64,000 nucleotides of DNA from Klebsormidium nitens (lineage: Eukaryota > Plantae > Klebsormidiophyceae). A program made the position numbers and the translations under genes. The DNA is taken from contig DF237137.1 in NCBI GenBank assembly GCA_000708835.1, positions 20,486 to 84,485 of the forward strand, in the 5' to 3' direction. The notes under the pieces were generated by a model. That model worked only from the letters and a program-made list of their open reading frames with translations. It did not search any database and was not told where the DNA came from. This document shows, in pieces, positions 25,444 to 41,030 of the stretch (position 1 is the first letter of the stretch; every line of letters begins with the position of its first letter).

Positions 25444-26385
25444 CAGAACCAGCTTTTCTAACTATTACACTAATGCCAAGCACTATGCCTTGATCTCCTT
25501 CCGATGCCTAGCATCGTACTGATGTGTCAGGACGTGGATGCGCACAACAGCTGCTAAGTTGCAGCAACTTCTTGTTGGTGTGGTGTTGGTGAAACATTCT
25601 CACTAAACCAGCACCAAAGACCAGTTGAAGTTCCTTGTGACAATGCTACCGGAACCAACAGACCAGACACTGCAGAAACTTTTGTGGAAGCAATGCCGCA
25701 ATCCAGCTGAAAGGTGGTACCTGGCAAAGCTGTCAACATGGCCCTATAGTGCGGCAATCTAGGCCTATCTTTTCCAGCGTCCGAAACAAGCGTAAAGAGA
25801 AAGGAGTTGCCCCTTGCCTCACCAAAGTACCGGTACTGCCATGCAAAGTGGAGGAGGGAGGAGGGAGGAGAGACGGGGAACAGCCTGAGCTTAAAGTTAC
25901 CTTTTGCAAGGAAACCCTAAAAACCTGCAAGCTCGAGCGTGAGAGAAGATTAGGCTGGAGTATTTGTGAACAAAAAAGGGAGAACATCTGCAGCTGTCTG
26001 ACGGCAATGGACGGCGATGCAAAATCAGCTTGGGCCAGGAACAGCCAGCAAGGGGTTGACACTCCAAAATCATTGTTTCCCTAGAATGATCTCAAGAGCG
26101 TTCTCAGTGTCAAAGGGAAGTCTCGAGAAAGTTCCCCAGTCACAAGAACGCGTGGCGGTACCTACCGTTCGAGGTCCTAAGTACCAACGCGACCAGTATC
26201 GGTACGTACCGACTTGCCTTGAAGGACTGTAGTCTGTCTGGCATGTACACAGTACTGGTAATTTGCAGATCGTCTTCGAAGAAACAAAATCCGAATTCTC
26301 GTAGGCAGGAACGTCGAAAACTGAACCGAAGCTGTCGCGCAGGGAGGCTGTTGAAGGGAGGAGCGCGCAAGCAAGCTGATTCTGA

Positions 26386-28709
<2,324 letters not shown>

Positions 28710-30149
28710 GTACTACCATGTGAGTAGAACCCGCTTTGAGCCATGTGCGTAGGCCCTGCTTTGGTCGTCTGTTGCCCAAGCTTCTTGAGACTTCTGTTCA
28801 AATCCAATGCAAAGGTAGAATGTTAGGGGACCTCCAATTGATATGAAGGCCGGTGAAATCGAGACACTGTTCGTGTAAGCTCTATGTGATAAAGCTGCAG
28901 ATAGTTGCATTTAGTTCACTGTACTTGCATGAGGGAGGCTTCAGGACGATTGCTTGGTGAAATCCAAATCATGAATCTGAACGTTTGCTCCCCCATCCTG
29001 ATATGACCAGGTTCTACAATCACAGGCAGTTTCAGTCCAGTTTGGAAGCGTTTGTTGTCCAAAAAACATTTGACCTTTTTTACTCCGCACTTTTCACCAA
29101 GTATCTAAGCATTTGAGTTGTCGTCATGCAGGATCTGAAATGTCTGAGCACCTGAGTTGTCTTCATGCAGAGTTTGATCGCGCTGATTGGAAGTCCTGGG
29201 GACTGGTTACCCGTGTAAAAACGAATTTGGCGTCCCGTTTAATCGTGCCAACCTGTTCCGGATTGCCAAAGCAAGAACATAAGAGAATCTAAGGAGACTG
29301 ATGCAACATGAATATTGCTGCTGTGTAGGTTTTACCCAAGTTTGTCATCATTGTACTCTGGCAGGGCTCAAGTGTATCGGCAGGCTGTTGATTTAGATGG
29401 TCTGTGGAAGCGGTTTGAGTCATGCTTCATAAAAGATGCTTTCCCCTCTTGACGTGCATCCCATGCATTTGCCAAGTTGCCGGTGTTGGATCCTGTAGTC
29501 CGACAATTCTATGGAGCAAATGTGCAATTGAGCGCCAAGTTATTACTTGAGGCTATTGGTAGTGAAACTACTTCCAACTAAGTATGGCAATCGAACAATG
29601 TATGTGATCATGGTGCATGTGGTCGGTGCAAGGTGCTGGCTTTGCGTCGAACTCAGCCAGCCGCTGTTCTTGAAGAGTTTTTGTATGGGACACAAGTGTC
29701 TCAATGTGGATAAGTCAATTAGGTACAACCCAGAGCTTTGCATTAGAAGAACATACTGTGTGCGGTAGACGGTGTGAGTTTGGCTATAAGCCGTGCTCTG
29801 AGCTGTTACATTATCCTTAGTATGTTGGTTGACCGTACGCACATGTGCATCAACCGATCATTGTACCCCTGTCTCACCAGAGCTTTGTCCGACCGATGGA
29901 TCAGCGTTACACAGCTAGGTGTATATATAGCAGGTGACCAATATGGAGCCTCTTTAAAGATCTACATGCGGCAATTGTTGATCATACGCGCGTAGTCATG
30001 GAGGACAAAATTCACAGATTCGCTTTGTTCCATGATCTGATTAACGTCGTCAGCTTCAATTGGACGATATCTAGCTGAACAGCATCATGGCAATTGCTAC
30101 ATGTTTCATGAAAATCGAGGACCTGGCATCAAGAAGCGCAAGCAACCTA

Positions 30150-30892
30150 GGGTGGGTATCGACGGTATCGATTGCGCGACGATTGAGTCACGAATTTGAT
30201 TCACCGGTGTCACGCGTCGCGACGAATTTTGTACGCGGTACTTACGAATGTACTCGGCGGTACTTGAGAATCCGGTCGGAGTTCATGAATTGGAATTTTT
30301 CTGACACGTCGGCCGACTGACACATGCGTAAAATTCGGTGGTACGGTACAGTCGCGCGTGGATCGAGTCTGCGGCTCCCAAAAATTCAAATTTTATGGTC
30401 TCGGTCGGAAGTTCCGACTTGGACCACGGAAGAGTACCGCGGTACCTAGGCTGAAAGAGAAGTGCAGAGACTCGAAAGAGAAGTGTAAGAGAAGGCGCTT
30501 TTTGAAAACCAACAATGGCGGCCAACTTTGCGCCTCGTATGCTCTTTCTTCAGATTTATCCTCAACAAAACAAACACTTGGGGCTTCAAACAACACCTAG
30601 TGACGCTCTCCCAATATTTTTTAATGCTTGTCAAAGGTTCCTACATGCTGCATAAGCCTCATCTATGTGCGCTATTTTGTTGCTTCTTTGAAAGTGTAAA
30701 TCATAACACTATCTTACGATTCTATCACACTGCGTCACGGCCGAGCGGAAAATTCTAAGTACTTGTACCGTACGTGTTACACAAATGTCACTCGGCGTAA
30801 CGCGAACCGCCAGTACTACTGACGAAATTTGATTCGCCGAGTCACAATATCGTCGCGAATCGAGTCAGAATCGACTCGGCCGGTACCCACCC
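30150..30892. mobile_element. 743-bp non-autonomous DNA transposon (MITE-like) with TA (or CTAG) target duplication
   Basis: Termini GGGTGGGTAtCG ... CGGTACCCACCC with TA on both sides (30148-49, 30893-94); no coding capacity inside; the reconstructed empty site AAGCAACCTAGGTAGCTT is near-palindromic. Confidence 0.65.
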
Positions 30893-31359
30893 TAGGTAGC
30901 TTGTGGCATGAAACCTAAGAGTAGTCATGACCAGGATCCATGTCAGGCTTTTACCTCACAGTTACGAGAATCAATGTAGATGCCACATCTGGCATCCAGT
31001 GTAGGTGATTCATATCCTAGAATCACATCATTCCTACCTGGCATGATTTGAGCGACTGTCTATATGGAAGCGTGCCACACACACAAGCAATTGGCAAGCA
31101 GGCCTAAACTCCGCGCTCTAGCTGTGGCAAGCAGCTTGCCTTTCCGGCCTGTACACTGCCATCTTTCCTCGCACGTTTATCAGGCGCTGTTTCTTAAGAA
31201 ACTCGGATATGAACTACGTCATTGCAATGTTTTTCTGGCATACTTAGATCATGCCAAGTCACTATTCGCAGATCCAGGATGAACTCCGCCAGCCATTTCG
31301 ATCCTTAATTCCAACCAACTGTGCAAACCCTCCTACGCCAACTCTTGTCTTAACCCCTT

Positions 31360-33924
31360 TCACGGCCGCCCTCTCAACGCCCACACTGCAAGGCTGGCCA
31401 GCACCAACACTTTGACCACCTCCAGCGCGCCAAAAATCTCGTGGATATCGCGTTTGGGCACGGGCTGCATAACCGACTCCGCAATCTCTGCCTGAAGGGA
31501 GGCCTTGGAGGCCGGGAGATCCTCTGCAGGGGCCTGGGCGATCGTCCACCGGGCACGTTGCTCGAGCCCCGGTTCCAGCCACTCCCACTGCCAGGGGGAA
31601 CGGTGGCTTAGTTACTTACTTGGTTGTTACCTCGAACAGAAGCGGGCATACGGAAGCACCCAGACTCTAAAGACGCAACGGCCAAGCATCCAGAGCTCGT
31701 GTGTCCAGAGCTCTTGCGTGTTTGAAGACCTCGTCGCACAAATAAGGGTGACCAACCTCGCAGGTCGAGCGTCCAGTGGTTTGATATCAAAAGGTTTGGC
31801 ATCGGGGCTTTCCTCGAATGAACCGACCCTCTCTCTAATGTTATGCACATCTGCCCTCCTTGCTTCAACCATACCACAAAGTGAGCCGGGCTCTGGTAAG
31901 CAGATCGAACCTTTTCAGCAGCACGGACGTGGCCATTCCGGTGCCAGAACACAAAATGGTATTGAAGAGATGTGAAGGAAGGACCGACTGAACTTCACCA
32001 GCAGTGTGACAAAATCAGGCATCAGAACTTGGAACTCATGAACGCGGTAGGATGAGACAAGAGGATCTATGTGCAGCACACACGTTCAACTATCAAACAT
32101 ATTCACGAACCTGAATGCAAGTGACGCGTTGAGCGCCGTGACTTCATAGACAGCACGACTCGCATAGAGACTCTGACCAAGGAAAGGGAAAGGAAAGTAG
32201 AGAACGGAATCGAACGGATTGATGAAGCGAACGGGAGTGGAAAACAACAAACGGAACGCATCTCGGCTGCAGCGGGTTGAGGATCGGTGAAAAGCAACTA
32301 GGATGGCAATCCAAGCTTACGGATGCAATTCGCTATTGCTCCTCATGGCAAAAGCGGCTCCATTAGGACCGACGAACGGTGTGGATGAAAAGGAACGGGA
32401 CAGAAGCGAAGCGAACATATCCGTTCTATACGCAGATACCACCACCGAAGGAACCCATAGGAATGGATGGGGTCATATCCACAACCTCAGCGGAAGGCTG
32501 AAACGCCAAACAGAGGGGCCCTTCTTGGCCGAATCTGCTTTCGCAACAGAATATCAATCCAACGAACGGAATGGACGGAACGAACGGAAACGATCCCACC
32601 TGCAGCAGGACTACCGCCATAAGCACCGGCACCACAAACGGCGGGCCCCAGGGGCGGACCCCCGCATCGGCGAGCAGCGCAACGAGCGCGAGGTAGAGCA
32701 GCTTTTCAACGTACGACTTGGCGGCAAACACGTGGCGCCCGACGTCGACTGCGACCGCGCGCGTAATCAGCGGGGCGCGGAACTTCACCTAAGAAGCAGG
32801 AAAAGGAGGAGGGAGCTGGTTACGGAAGCGAGCTCGTTGATTTGATAGTAGCTTGTGAATGATCAGTGGTCAGAACGGACCGCCCGCGTAATAAAGAAAA
32901 ACCCTGACGGCAGTGGTGTGAGGGAGACTTGCAATAAGAAATTGAGGCTTAGCTGCAGACCCCGAATATAAGACAGCAAGCGTCATCAGGTGGGGCGGGT
33001 CTTGACCCTGGCAGGGGGAAAGAGGGTCCCGGGAAAAAGTAAGACACAACGAACTCAAAACAGATAGTAAGCGTTCAGGAAAGTTCGCACGTTGGGGGCC
33101 CAGAACTTCAGCTCCCCGTTGGGGGTGGTCAAAAAGAAGGAGGAAGTACGAACCTGCATAATGGGTCAGAACGAGTGAACAAAGCCAACGATCCCTTCGT
33201 CAATCGTTTCAACCGAAAAAAGGATGAGCCCTCAATCTTTCATTCCGGAGATAAGAGAGGCAAGTCCGCATTTGCAACCTCATCAAGTCCGCTTGAAGGT
33301 GTGGTAGCGAAATGCGTGGCCCTTGACCAAGTCATGCGAGCAGAATCAGAACAATATTCCAAACGCAGAAACATATGATGTAGCCTGTCGAAGCTTCTAG
33401 ATATAAAATACTCATAGAAAGAAAGCAACACACTTTGTCGTCGAATCAAAGATGACTTCTGAACGAAGAGCAATGACGGAATGCAGCTCACCCAAGCTTC
33501 CAGGAACGAGATCCCCAGCACGACACCGAGCCAGACGAGCGACAACGCCCCCGCTGCAAGCCTCGCACCTTTCCCGAACACTCGGACCCCCATCAGGCTC
33601 GTCCAAAGCGTCCCGGCAAGAACGGCCATCAGAAGCAGCCTCTTCGGCGGCAGATTGGTCCATGTGGCCATGTTTGGCGGCTCTCCAATTGCCTGATCTG
33701 GTGCCGGCGTGCCCTGTACTGTTGCTTGAGGGTTGTAGCTGACTGTCCCCACCCTACTGTCTCCGGAGAAGTAAACAAAGCCTGGGTGGCCGGACGGTCC
33801 CGGGGATTCTTCCTCAGCAGTGGGATAGATTGGCGGTGGTTGGTTTTCAAAGTGGGTGGAGGATGAGGGAGCAGCGGATGTTCGTGCGGATTGTGGGGGC
33901 TCGATCGAAGCAGATGCAAGCGGT
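31360..33924 (-). CDS. Multi-pass membrane protein, DUF4149-like; 5' exons unresolved (probably extends to ~34640 or further)
   Basis: Exons ~33924-33492 (…LSLVWLGVVLGISFLEAW), 32788-~32599 (VKFRAPLITRAVAVDVGRHVFAA…), 31587-31360 (WEWLEPGLEQRAR…IHEIFGALEVVKVLVLASLAVWALRGRP-stop). The SFLEAWVKFRAP…DVGRxVF and HxxxxxLEVxK motifs recall DUF4149-type proteins from memory. Confidence 0.65.
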
Positions 33925-35039
33925 CTTAGTGTTTGCAAGGAAGGGTCAGCCAAGCTTCTCCTCCACCGAACTGATCGTATGTGTGTGATTGGACTCTCAA
34001 GGAAATGAGGTGGCTCAGGGGGTTTTCTGAGCAATGCTGGTCTGGAGTGCGTCAAGCGAGCACTGTATCCTATTGGCCTTCGGAAGCACTGGGAGCGGAG
34101 GTTTGCATGCAACCGACAGTTCTCTTGCAGACTGTGAGTAAGTATGCTGCTTTGACTGCTGAGATGGACCTGACCAGCAACTATTGTGATGGCCATCGAA
34201 TCCCACAAAATCCAGACCTACTCCAAACACTTTCTGTACTTCTCTTTCAATCTGCGGCAGCAATTCCCTGATCAAAGTTGATGCAGCAGTGGTGTGCCAG
34301 AACCTGCACCGGTTCAAGCTGAACTAAGCTATAGCAGCTAGCCCATCAACTCGGACAGCCTGCTGATCAACAAACAGACAGCGCTAGATCCAAACTGATT
34401 TAAAGACCTCTTCATTTGTCCCCGCCATCAGATAAGACAACTCAGAAACGCCATCGATTCTTCTTCTGCGATTTGAAGAGCAGCTTGCATGCGTCCAACT
34501 GAGAGTTCTTCTCCGAACAAAGTTCCTGCTGAATCCCAAGCTTTGATCCGTGCCTTGCTGCTTGCACCGCTTCAGGACCTTCTTCAAGTTCTTGTTTGCA
34601 CGAGCCAATGGCAGTGGCAATGCTGAGCCTGTCCTGCCCATCTGTATGGATACAAATTCAATGATAACGTTGAGGTGTACTAAACCAGATTTTCGAAATG
34701 CACAGCATTGTTGACAGCGTCATGTTGGCAAGGCTTCAAGTACCAATGGACCGCCCGTTGTGTCAAAGGATGATCAAAGTTGTCAAAATCAGATTTACCA
34801 GGTTAAAGCAAACCCTGATCTCAAAGCAAGACTGTGAACAGTCTGCTTTTGCCACAGGCAATGCCATTGAATTTGCACTTCGCATATGCAGCATTCAACA
34901 AGCCGCAACAAGGCGCAAGAGTTTCGCTTGTACCTTTCTTCTTTTGGCATGCCAATAAGTTTCCAGGGGTTCAAGCAAATGTTCCTGAAGGTCCTGACTT
35001 TCCAGCTGAATCCACCATTCTGAGGGCCTTCTTGATTCG

Positions 35040-38000
35040 ATGGCGGTAGCCTTGTCGGTGCTCCCCATAACATGGTTTTCTCAAGCCCCTGTGCGACTAA
35101 AGAGTGAAAGCAGTCCTACGACAAGTTCTTCAATCTGCAGCGTTGAACATATCTGCACTGTAAAGCATTCAAGGATTGCCTCATGTAGAGACCAAAAGAG
35201 GTGGTACGTGAAAAGAGCAGGAAGTGTTAGGCATCAACAACCACGACGAGTTGTAATGGCAGCCATCCAAGCTGAGAATGCGGCAAGTGCAAGCGCAACA
35301 GAGAATGCACCGACGTCGTCTATTTCTGTGATGGTCAACGTGAGGCGCCGTAACTCCGACTGCAGTTATGCACTTGGCTTTGAGGGTTATCCAACGGGAA
35401 AAGAGGTGTAAACAAGACATCTCCTAGCAAAGAAAGCTGAGTTTAGGAGGATAGGCCTGGTCGTAAGGACTTCTGCCAGTTCAGTAATCTGGTCAAACGC
35501 ATTTTGATCCGCTGCTCATCAAGTTAAAAGAACTGCATGAATTCTTTACTTTCAAGCGATGCAGCGGTGGCAGGCTTCTATCACAGGCAGATCCCACTTT
35601 TACGTCGTGTCAACTTTAAGACATGAGTACTGGTTGGTCTTACATTGCTCCTTATTCCCAAATTGGGCCGTCATTATCAGAGTGCAGATCCTGAAACCAG
35701 CGGTTTTATGTGCACGCCCTGTTTTCTCAGAATCAAGTCTGTATCTCTTTAGTTCTCAGACTTTCATGACACTTTTTGTCCGACAATTGACACTGATTTC
35801 ATCCACAGGACTGCTCAGGGAAGATGGGCCATGCAGTAGCGGAAGCTGCGGTGGCAGCAGGACTGAACCTGGTGCCTCTAGCGATAACCGGACCAAAGAT
35901 GGGGAACAGCAGAGTGGCGTGCGGGGGGGTGGCCGTTCAAATTATCGGAGCGGAAGAACGGGACAGCGTGTTTGACCGTGTGCTGAACGAGTATCCCAAC
36001 GTGATCGTGGTGGATTATACCCTGCCTGCCGCGGTGAACAGTGAGTCCACAACCTTCGCTCTTTTCCAAGACGATGCAATTGTCTTGTGGGACATGATGC
36101 TTTTGCATTCAATTTGAAGCACATGGCTTATTGGACACTTTTGATCCATTCGTCAAGTCCCTATGACTGACTGAAGGCAAGCTTTCAAAGTCCTTCGCCT
36201 CATCTGCTGATTGTCCGTCTGCTTACATCGAAAGTGTCCCTATGGCTGTGGCGGTATGCACTTTTCAGGCAAATATAATCTACCTAAAGAATCCTGGAAT
36301 CCAACCTTCTCCAGATACGTTGACATGCCCATTGTCTCGACCACTTTGAATGAGGCTTCTATCAAGTCTCATGAGAAGTTCTCGTCATGGCTTTCCGTCC
36401 ACCAACAGAGGACTGCGTGTGGAGTCTCGAAAACACAACATAGGGCTGTCAGGAGCTCCGATGTTCATAACCAGGTGGTTCTTGTATCTATCAGGCAACG
36501 CCGAATACTACATATCGAGAGGGGTGCCTTTTGTGATGGGGACGACTGGGGGCGACCGAACAAAATTGATAGACACCGTCAAGAAGGCCGGCACCTACGC
36601 TGTCATCGCCCCGCAAATGGGCAAGCAAGTAAGCTCATTCATCCCCTTGTTGATCGCTTGGCACGTCTAACGCTAGCTGGGCCGAACTGCCTCATGCTGG
36701 TCCCAAAGGGAGCCGATTGAGTCGATGACTGGATGGGTCAGTTTGTGTGATAGGCAAGGAGATGAAGTAGAGCCCGACTGCCGAATCTGACTCAAAGTGC
36801 CAGTGTTTGGTGAAGATTTGGTGGCCTCCCAGAGTGGTTTACACATCTTGTCCAGGCCATCAGATCTAGCGATAAGAAGCTTCAAGTGCTCGCTAGTTGA
36901 TTGAAATTACTGCCCACTTATTCCTCCAAAACGTATCATCATGAAACTCACATCGTAGCGGCCGACGCTCTCCGGCGGAAAGCCTGCGGTTACGTCCACC
37001 CATGCGACGGCTGTGTCTCGTTACAAGAGCTGTTCCCTTATAGAGGAAGCATCTGCTCTGGCTGGTGGCTTCTCTTTGTTGGTCCCTTCCTAGGTCGACG
37101 ACGGGTTTTAAAACAAGATTAGCAATTGAATCGGTGCCGTTTGACTACAACCTTTCACGACCTTCTTTTCTGACATTCATGCTTTTTCCACACGGTGAAG
37201 CAAGCCACAAGACGCGAGGTTTCCCTTGTGCTGATACCGCTCACAGCCTTATCAACGAGCGAGTAACCAGCACCATTGACCAAAACTTTCCTGCGTCTGA
37301 GGTGATGGAGTTTCAGGCTGCGGTGCCACGTATACAGAACCTGATTCCTCTCCTCTTCGACCCAGATCGATATTGCTCTGCGTGTTGAAGTAACTCTGAT
37401 CCAGCTGCTGAACCGGCGCCGGTTTCTTTGTTGCGGGCCACATTGTCCACGTTCCGAGCCGCGATGCTACATCCACCGTTTATATGTTGTTTTCATGCAT
37501 CCCGGATCGACATCGAACTCTCGAACCAATCTGACCAGCTGTGTAACCTGTGCCGGTTGACCGGATTCTTCTCCGTGCCAGGTGGTGATGTTCCAAGCCG
37601 CGATGCTACATCCACAGAAATTGTTTTCTCTTTCATAAACCCCGGAGATCGTGGAAATGAACTAACTCTTACCCAGCTGTTTAACCTGCGCCGGTTAAAC
37701 TGACTCATTCCGCGTGCCAGGTGGTGACGTTCCAAGCCGCGATGCTACATCCACAAGATTGTTTCTCCTTTCAATGAATCCCGGACATGAACTAACTCTT
37801 AAGCAGCTGTCTAACCTGCGCCGGTTCACCTAACCAATCCAGCGTGCCAGGCAGTGACGTTCCAATCCAGCGTGCCAAGCGGTGACGTTCCAAGCCGCGA
37901 TGCTACATCCACACAAACCGTTTTTTCCCCCCATGAACCCCTGAAATTGTGGAAATGAACTAACTCCTAACCAGCTGTTTAACCTGCGCCTGTTCACCTA

Positions 38001-39845
38001 ACCCTTCCCGTATGCCAGGTGGTGGCGTTCCAAGCCGCGATGGACATCATGGCGCAGAACTTCCCGGGCGCATTTGCGGGGTATACACTAAAGGTCACCG
38101 AGTCGCATCAGTCGAGCAAAGTGGACACGTCCGGTACAGCAAAGGCGATCGTCGAGTACTTCCAGAAGCTGGGCGTCAAGTTCAACGTGGACGAGGTGAG
38201 GGGCTGCTGTTGAACCAATCTTGTCTCTTCTTCGTCTTCCATTTTGAAGTCTGCTTCTGTTATTTCTTTCTTCCTCCTCTTCGTCTTGCCCTTTCCTGAC
38301 AAACCAATTTGCTGTTCGTTTCTCGCTCCTCTTCGCCTTAGTTTTCTTCCGTCATCTCCTCTAAAAACATTCTCTCTTCAATTCGCTAACGTCCACATTG
38401 GAACGTTCATGCTCCAACTGCCTCAAGCTTCTGCGGTTGACGACTCAGGATTGCGAAACCCTCTGTATCTTGGAATCCCTACATCGTGATCTGGCAGAAA
38501 CTTTACATCGCTAGATCCTGGAACTTCGTTTTCCGAAGCCCTCATATCTCGAAGAAGGGCGTCTCGTTTGCAGATCGAGCGGGTGCGAGACCCCTCGGAG
38601 CAGGTGCGGCGGATGCACGTGCCCGAGGATTACCTTGGGGGCCACGCCTTCCATACGTATAAGCTATTGTCACCAGACGGCACGTGAGTATCCGTTCTTG
38701 CGGGACGGTACTGCTACAGCAGCCGTGATCGCTGCACCTGCTTTTGCAACTGTGATTCGTCTGCAATTGTGTTTTGGAATGAACAGTATTTTCCACCGAA
38801 CCGAGTCACTTTGCTGTGGTTTGAACGTTAACCGGAAAGGCGTACCCTGCTTGGAGCAGTGGATATGTGCACATCAGGCCACGTCACATGCGTACAATCT
38901 GGCCCGGTCGCAAAGCTTAGTAGCCGTGCAGTGCTTCGAAACGGGCCATCTAACGCCTCAATTTTTGCGAGCCGTGTAGGGAGGCACCAACCGGCACTTC
39001 TTCGATAGACCCCTAGTAGCCCACCCAATAATTTGTGGACAGCAGACGTCTCTTGAGAGCCGGCAGTAGCTGGCCGTCAAAGGCATCTTTACTGGACCTT
39101 ACATTGAATTTGCGCCCAGTCTATCCCCACCCTGGAAGATGCTCCGCCACTGTAGCAGAGACGATACAATACGCTCAGGAAGTGAAAGCGGCGAGTTTGC
39201 GGGGCTTTGTGGACGTCAATCATGTGCCTTGGTGTGGTCAGCAAACACACGTAGGAGGAGTTGTAGGCTGTTAGGCACAGCAAATGAGAAGGCTCGAAAT
39301 GATTCTGTTCGTCCGTTGGTCAAGCTTGTGGAGTATGTCGATCTTACAGAGTCCGACGGAAAAGAACAACGCTCACAGGGTCATGGGTTTCTTGATTCGT
39401 TTTGATGCAGAGTTGCGTTTGAGTTCCAACATAACGTCATGGGCCGCAGCATATACGCTCAGGGGACCGTCGATGCAGTGCTCTTCCTTGCAAAGAAGGT
39501 AAGCCTTATGGCGGATTATTAAGCGAGGCTGGAAAGTTGTTCGCAGGTTTCTTCACAACATCTTCCATATGCAGACTTGGCACTCTATTCGTGGCAGCCA
39601 TTGGAAGTCTGCAGTAGGCAAAACGTCCAGCCTTTCGGTCTGAAGCAGCCTTGGTCTACACGAGAATTCGCAGAAGCAGAGGGAAAAAATGAGATACATA
39701 TTTGTTCGTTCTTCGATCAGGAATGTGTGGGCTGCCTTTAGACTCAAGAATCTGATTATTGGTTGGACTGTTGCAGGTCAGGGAGGGTGCCGACCAGAAA
39801 CTGTACAACATGATTGATGTTCTGAAAGAAGGAAGCATGCGGTAG
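35040..39845 (+). CDS. DAPB: 4-hydroxy-tetrahydrodipicolinate reductase (plant DAPB1/2 type), plastid-targeted, 7 exons, ~369 aa
   Basis: Exons 35040-35339, 35809-36040, 36495-36628, 38019-38195, 38574-38683, 39411-39498, 39777-39845 in phase. VMVNDCSGKMG, VVDYTLP, VPFVMGTTGGDR, ESHQSSKVDTSGTAK, GHAFHTY, FEFQHNVMGRSIYAQGTVDAVLFLAKK. Confidence 0.96.
37255..38050 (+). repeat. Tandem array of ~140-bp units in DAPB intron 3; each unit is the intron 3' end, acceptor and first ~30 nt of exon 4
   Basis: GCCGCGATG anchor at 37317 (degenerate), 37458, 37597, 37736, 37894 and functional 38034. Unit: aactaactc…cagctgtttaacctgcgcc.gtt…gtgccag|GTGGTGaCGTTCCAAGCCGCGATGctACATC. Confidence 0.95.
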
Positions 39846-40508
39846 CAGCCTGATTCTGAGTATCAGGAGGAAACTGAGGCTCGTTCGTCAAACGATTCAC
39901 AAGCGTCACAATCGTGATTGCATAGCCTTCTTCTTCGCCTGGAGACGCTTGGAACCGCCTTCGCGGGTCTCTGTTGTACCAGGTTCTAAGAAGTTGCCAC
40001 GAGCTTTGGCACGTAAGGTGCCGCCAGGCTCGCGTCAATTCCAATGACGAGCATTACATAAGAATAAACCGAATTGACCCTGTCTTGGCCTAAACATATC
40101 CCCTCCTTGTTTCCTCCATAAAACCTTTGTAAGTGCTCGCTTTCATGTTTCTGATCATTTTCAAAGGAAGTGACGGCTTACGACGCAGCCGCCTAGGTCT
40201 TCGAGACCGCTCGTCCGATTGTGCACGGAGCATGGTCTAGCTATAATACTGCGATATAGGTTTGTTTGCATGGGCCCTGGGGCTGGCGGCCGGCCGCCTG
40301 CGCCCCGATCGGCAAACTCGGCCGGCCGACTTGTCCCGCGTTGCGCCCACGACGCAAGCTGCTCCCTTGCGCTCCTATATATACATGACCGGCCCGCCTC
40401 GGAGAGGCGGCGGGGGCTTGCCTCTAAACGCCGTTACATGCGTGTATGTGTGATTGCTGAGGATTTATGAGAACGGATGAATGTGAGATAAGAATTATAG
40501 GAGTCATA

Positions 40509-41030
40509 TCATGGTATTCCGGGAAATCGTTCTAGGTGGATGCCACCCGCTTCTACAACTTTTAGTCCGTTTGTGCTTGTTCTAATCTGGGGTATGCCGA
40601 GTATAAGATTGTTTATAGTGTCGCTCATGTGCGCGTCTACAAACTGCTGCTTGGAGATGTCAAATCGTTTTGCTGCTGACTGGTAGCATGAGAAAATTGC
40701 TTGTTGCATGGACCTGTTATCTTTTGGAAGACCGAAGACGTGACAAACGTCGTGATCGGGCAGGACGTCGTCCCTTATCGCACTAAAAAGTCTATCTACA
40801 GCCCATTCTAACGTGAATCTAGCTATTTCTATCCGGTTGTCTTCCGTTATCGGACAGCTAAATTTAGACAGAGCACGACATCTGGATTTATGGATTTTCC
40901 AGTGCTTCTTCTGGTGTTCTTTGCTACAGTAGTGCACTGATTTGCATTGATAGCAGCGGAAATCAGCAAACGACTGACACACTTGGCAGACTTCTGACGT
41001 TGTTACCACGTGCTCTGGTGACTCTGACAT
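40509..41030 (-). CDS. MYND-type zinc-finger protein, intronless, 173 aa
   Basis: CQVCQSFADFRCYQCKSVHYCSKEHQKKHWKIHKSRC fits the MYND consensus CxxC…CxxC…YCSxxxQxxxWxxHKxxC. Confidence 0.82.
   Translation of the reverse strand: MSESPEHVVTTSEVCQVCQSFADFRCYQCKSVHYCSKEHQKKHWKIHKSRCRALSKFSCPITEDNRIEIARFTLEWAVDRLFSAIRDDVLPDHDVCHVFGLPKDNRSMQQAIFSCYQSAAKRFDISKQQFVDAHMSDTINNLILGIPQIRTSTNGLKVVEAGGIHLERFPGIP

Noticed and set aside
34795-35073. Minus-strand 92-aa ORF overlapping the DAPB start
   Set aside because: No recognisable motif and it overlaps a well-supported gene; at best part of an unresolved 5' exon.
37255-38050. CRISPR-like appearance of the regularly spaced repeats
   Set aside because: Whole ~140-bp units are homologous (no unique spacers), the last unit is a real splice junction, the locus is eukaryotic and there are no cas genes.
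40209-40240. Helitron-like 3' end (TCCG…CGGA hairpin then CTAG)
   Set aside because: Weak stem, followed by C rather than T, and oriented so the element would cover the host DAPB gene rather than the RPA-like gene.
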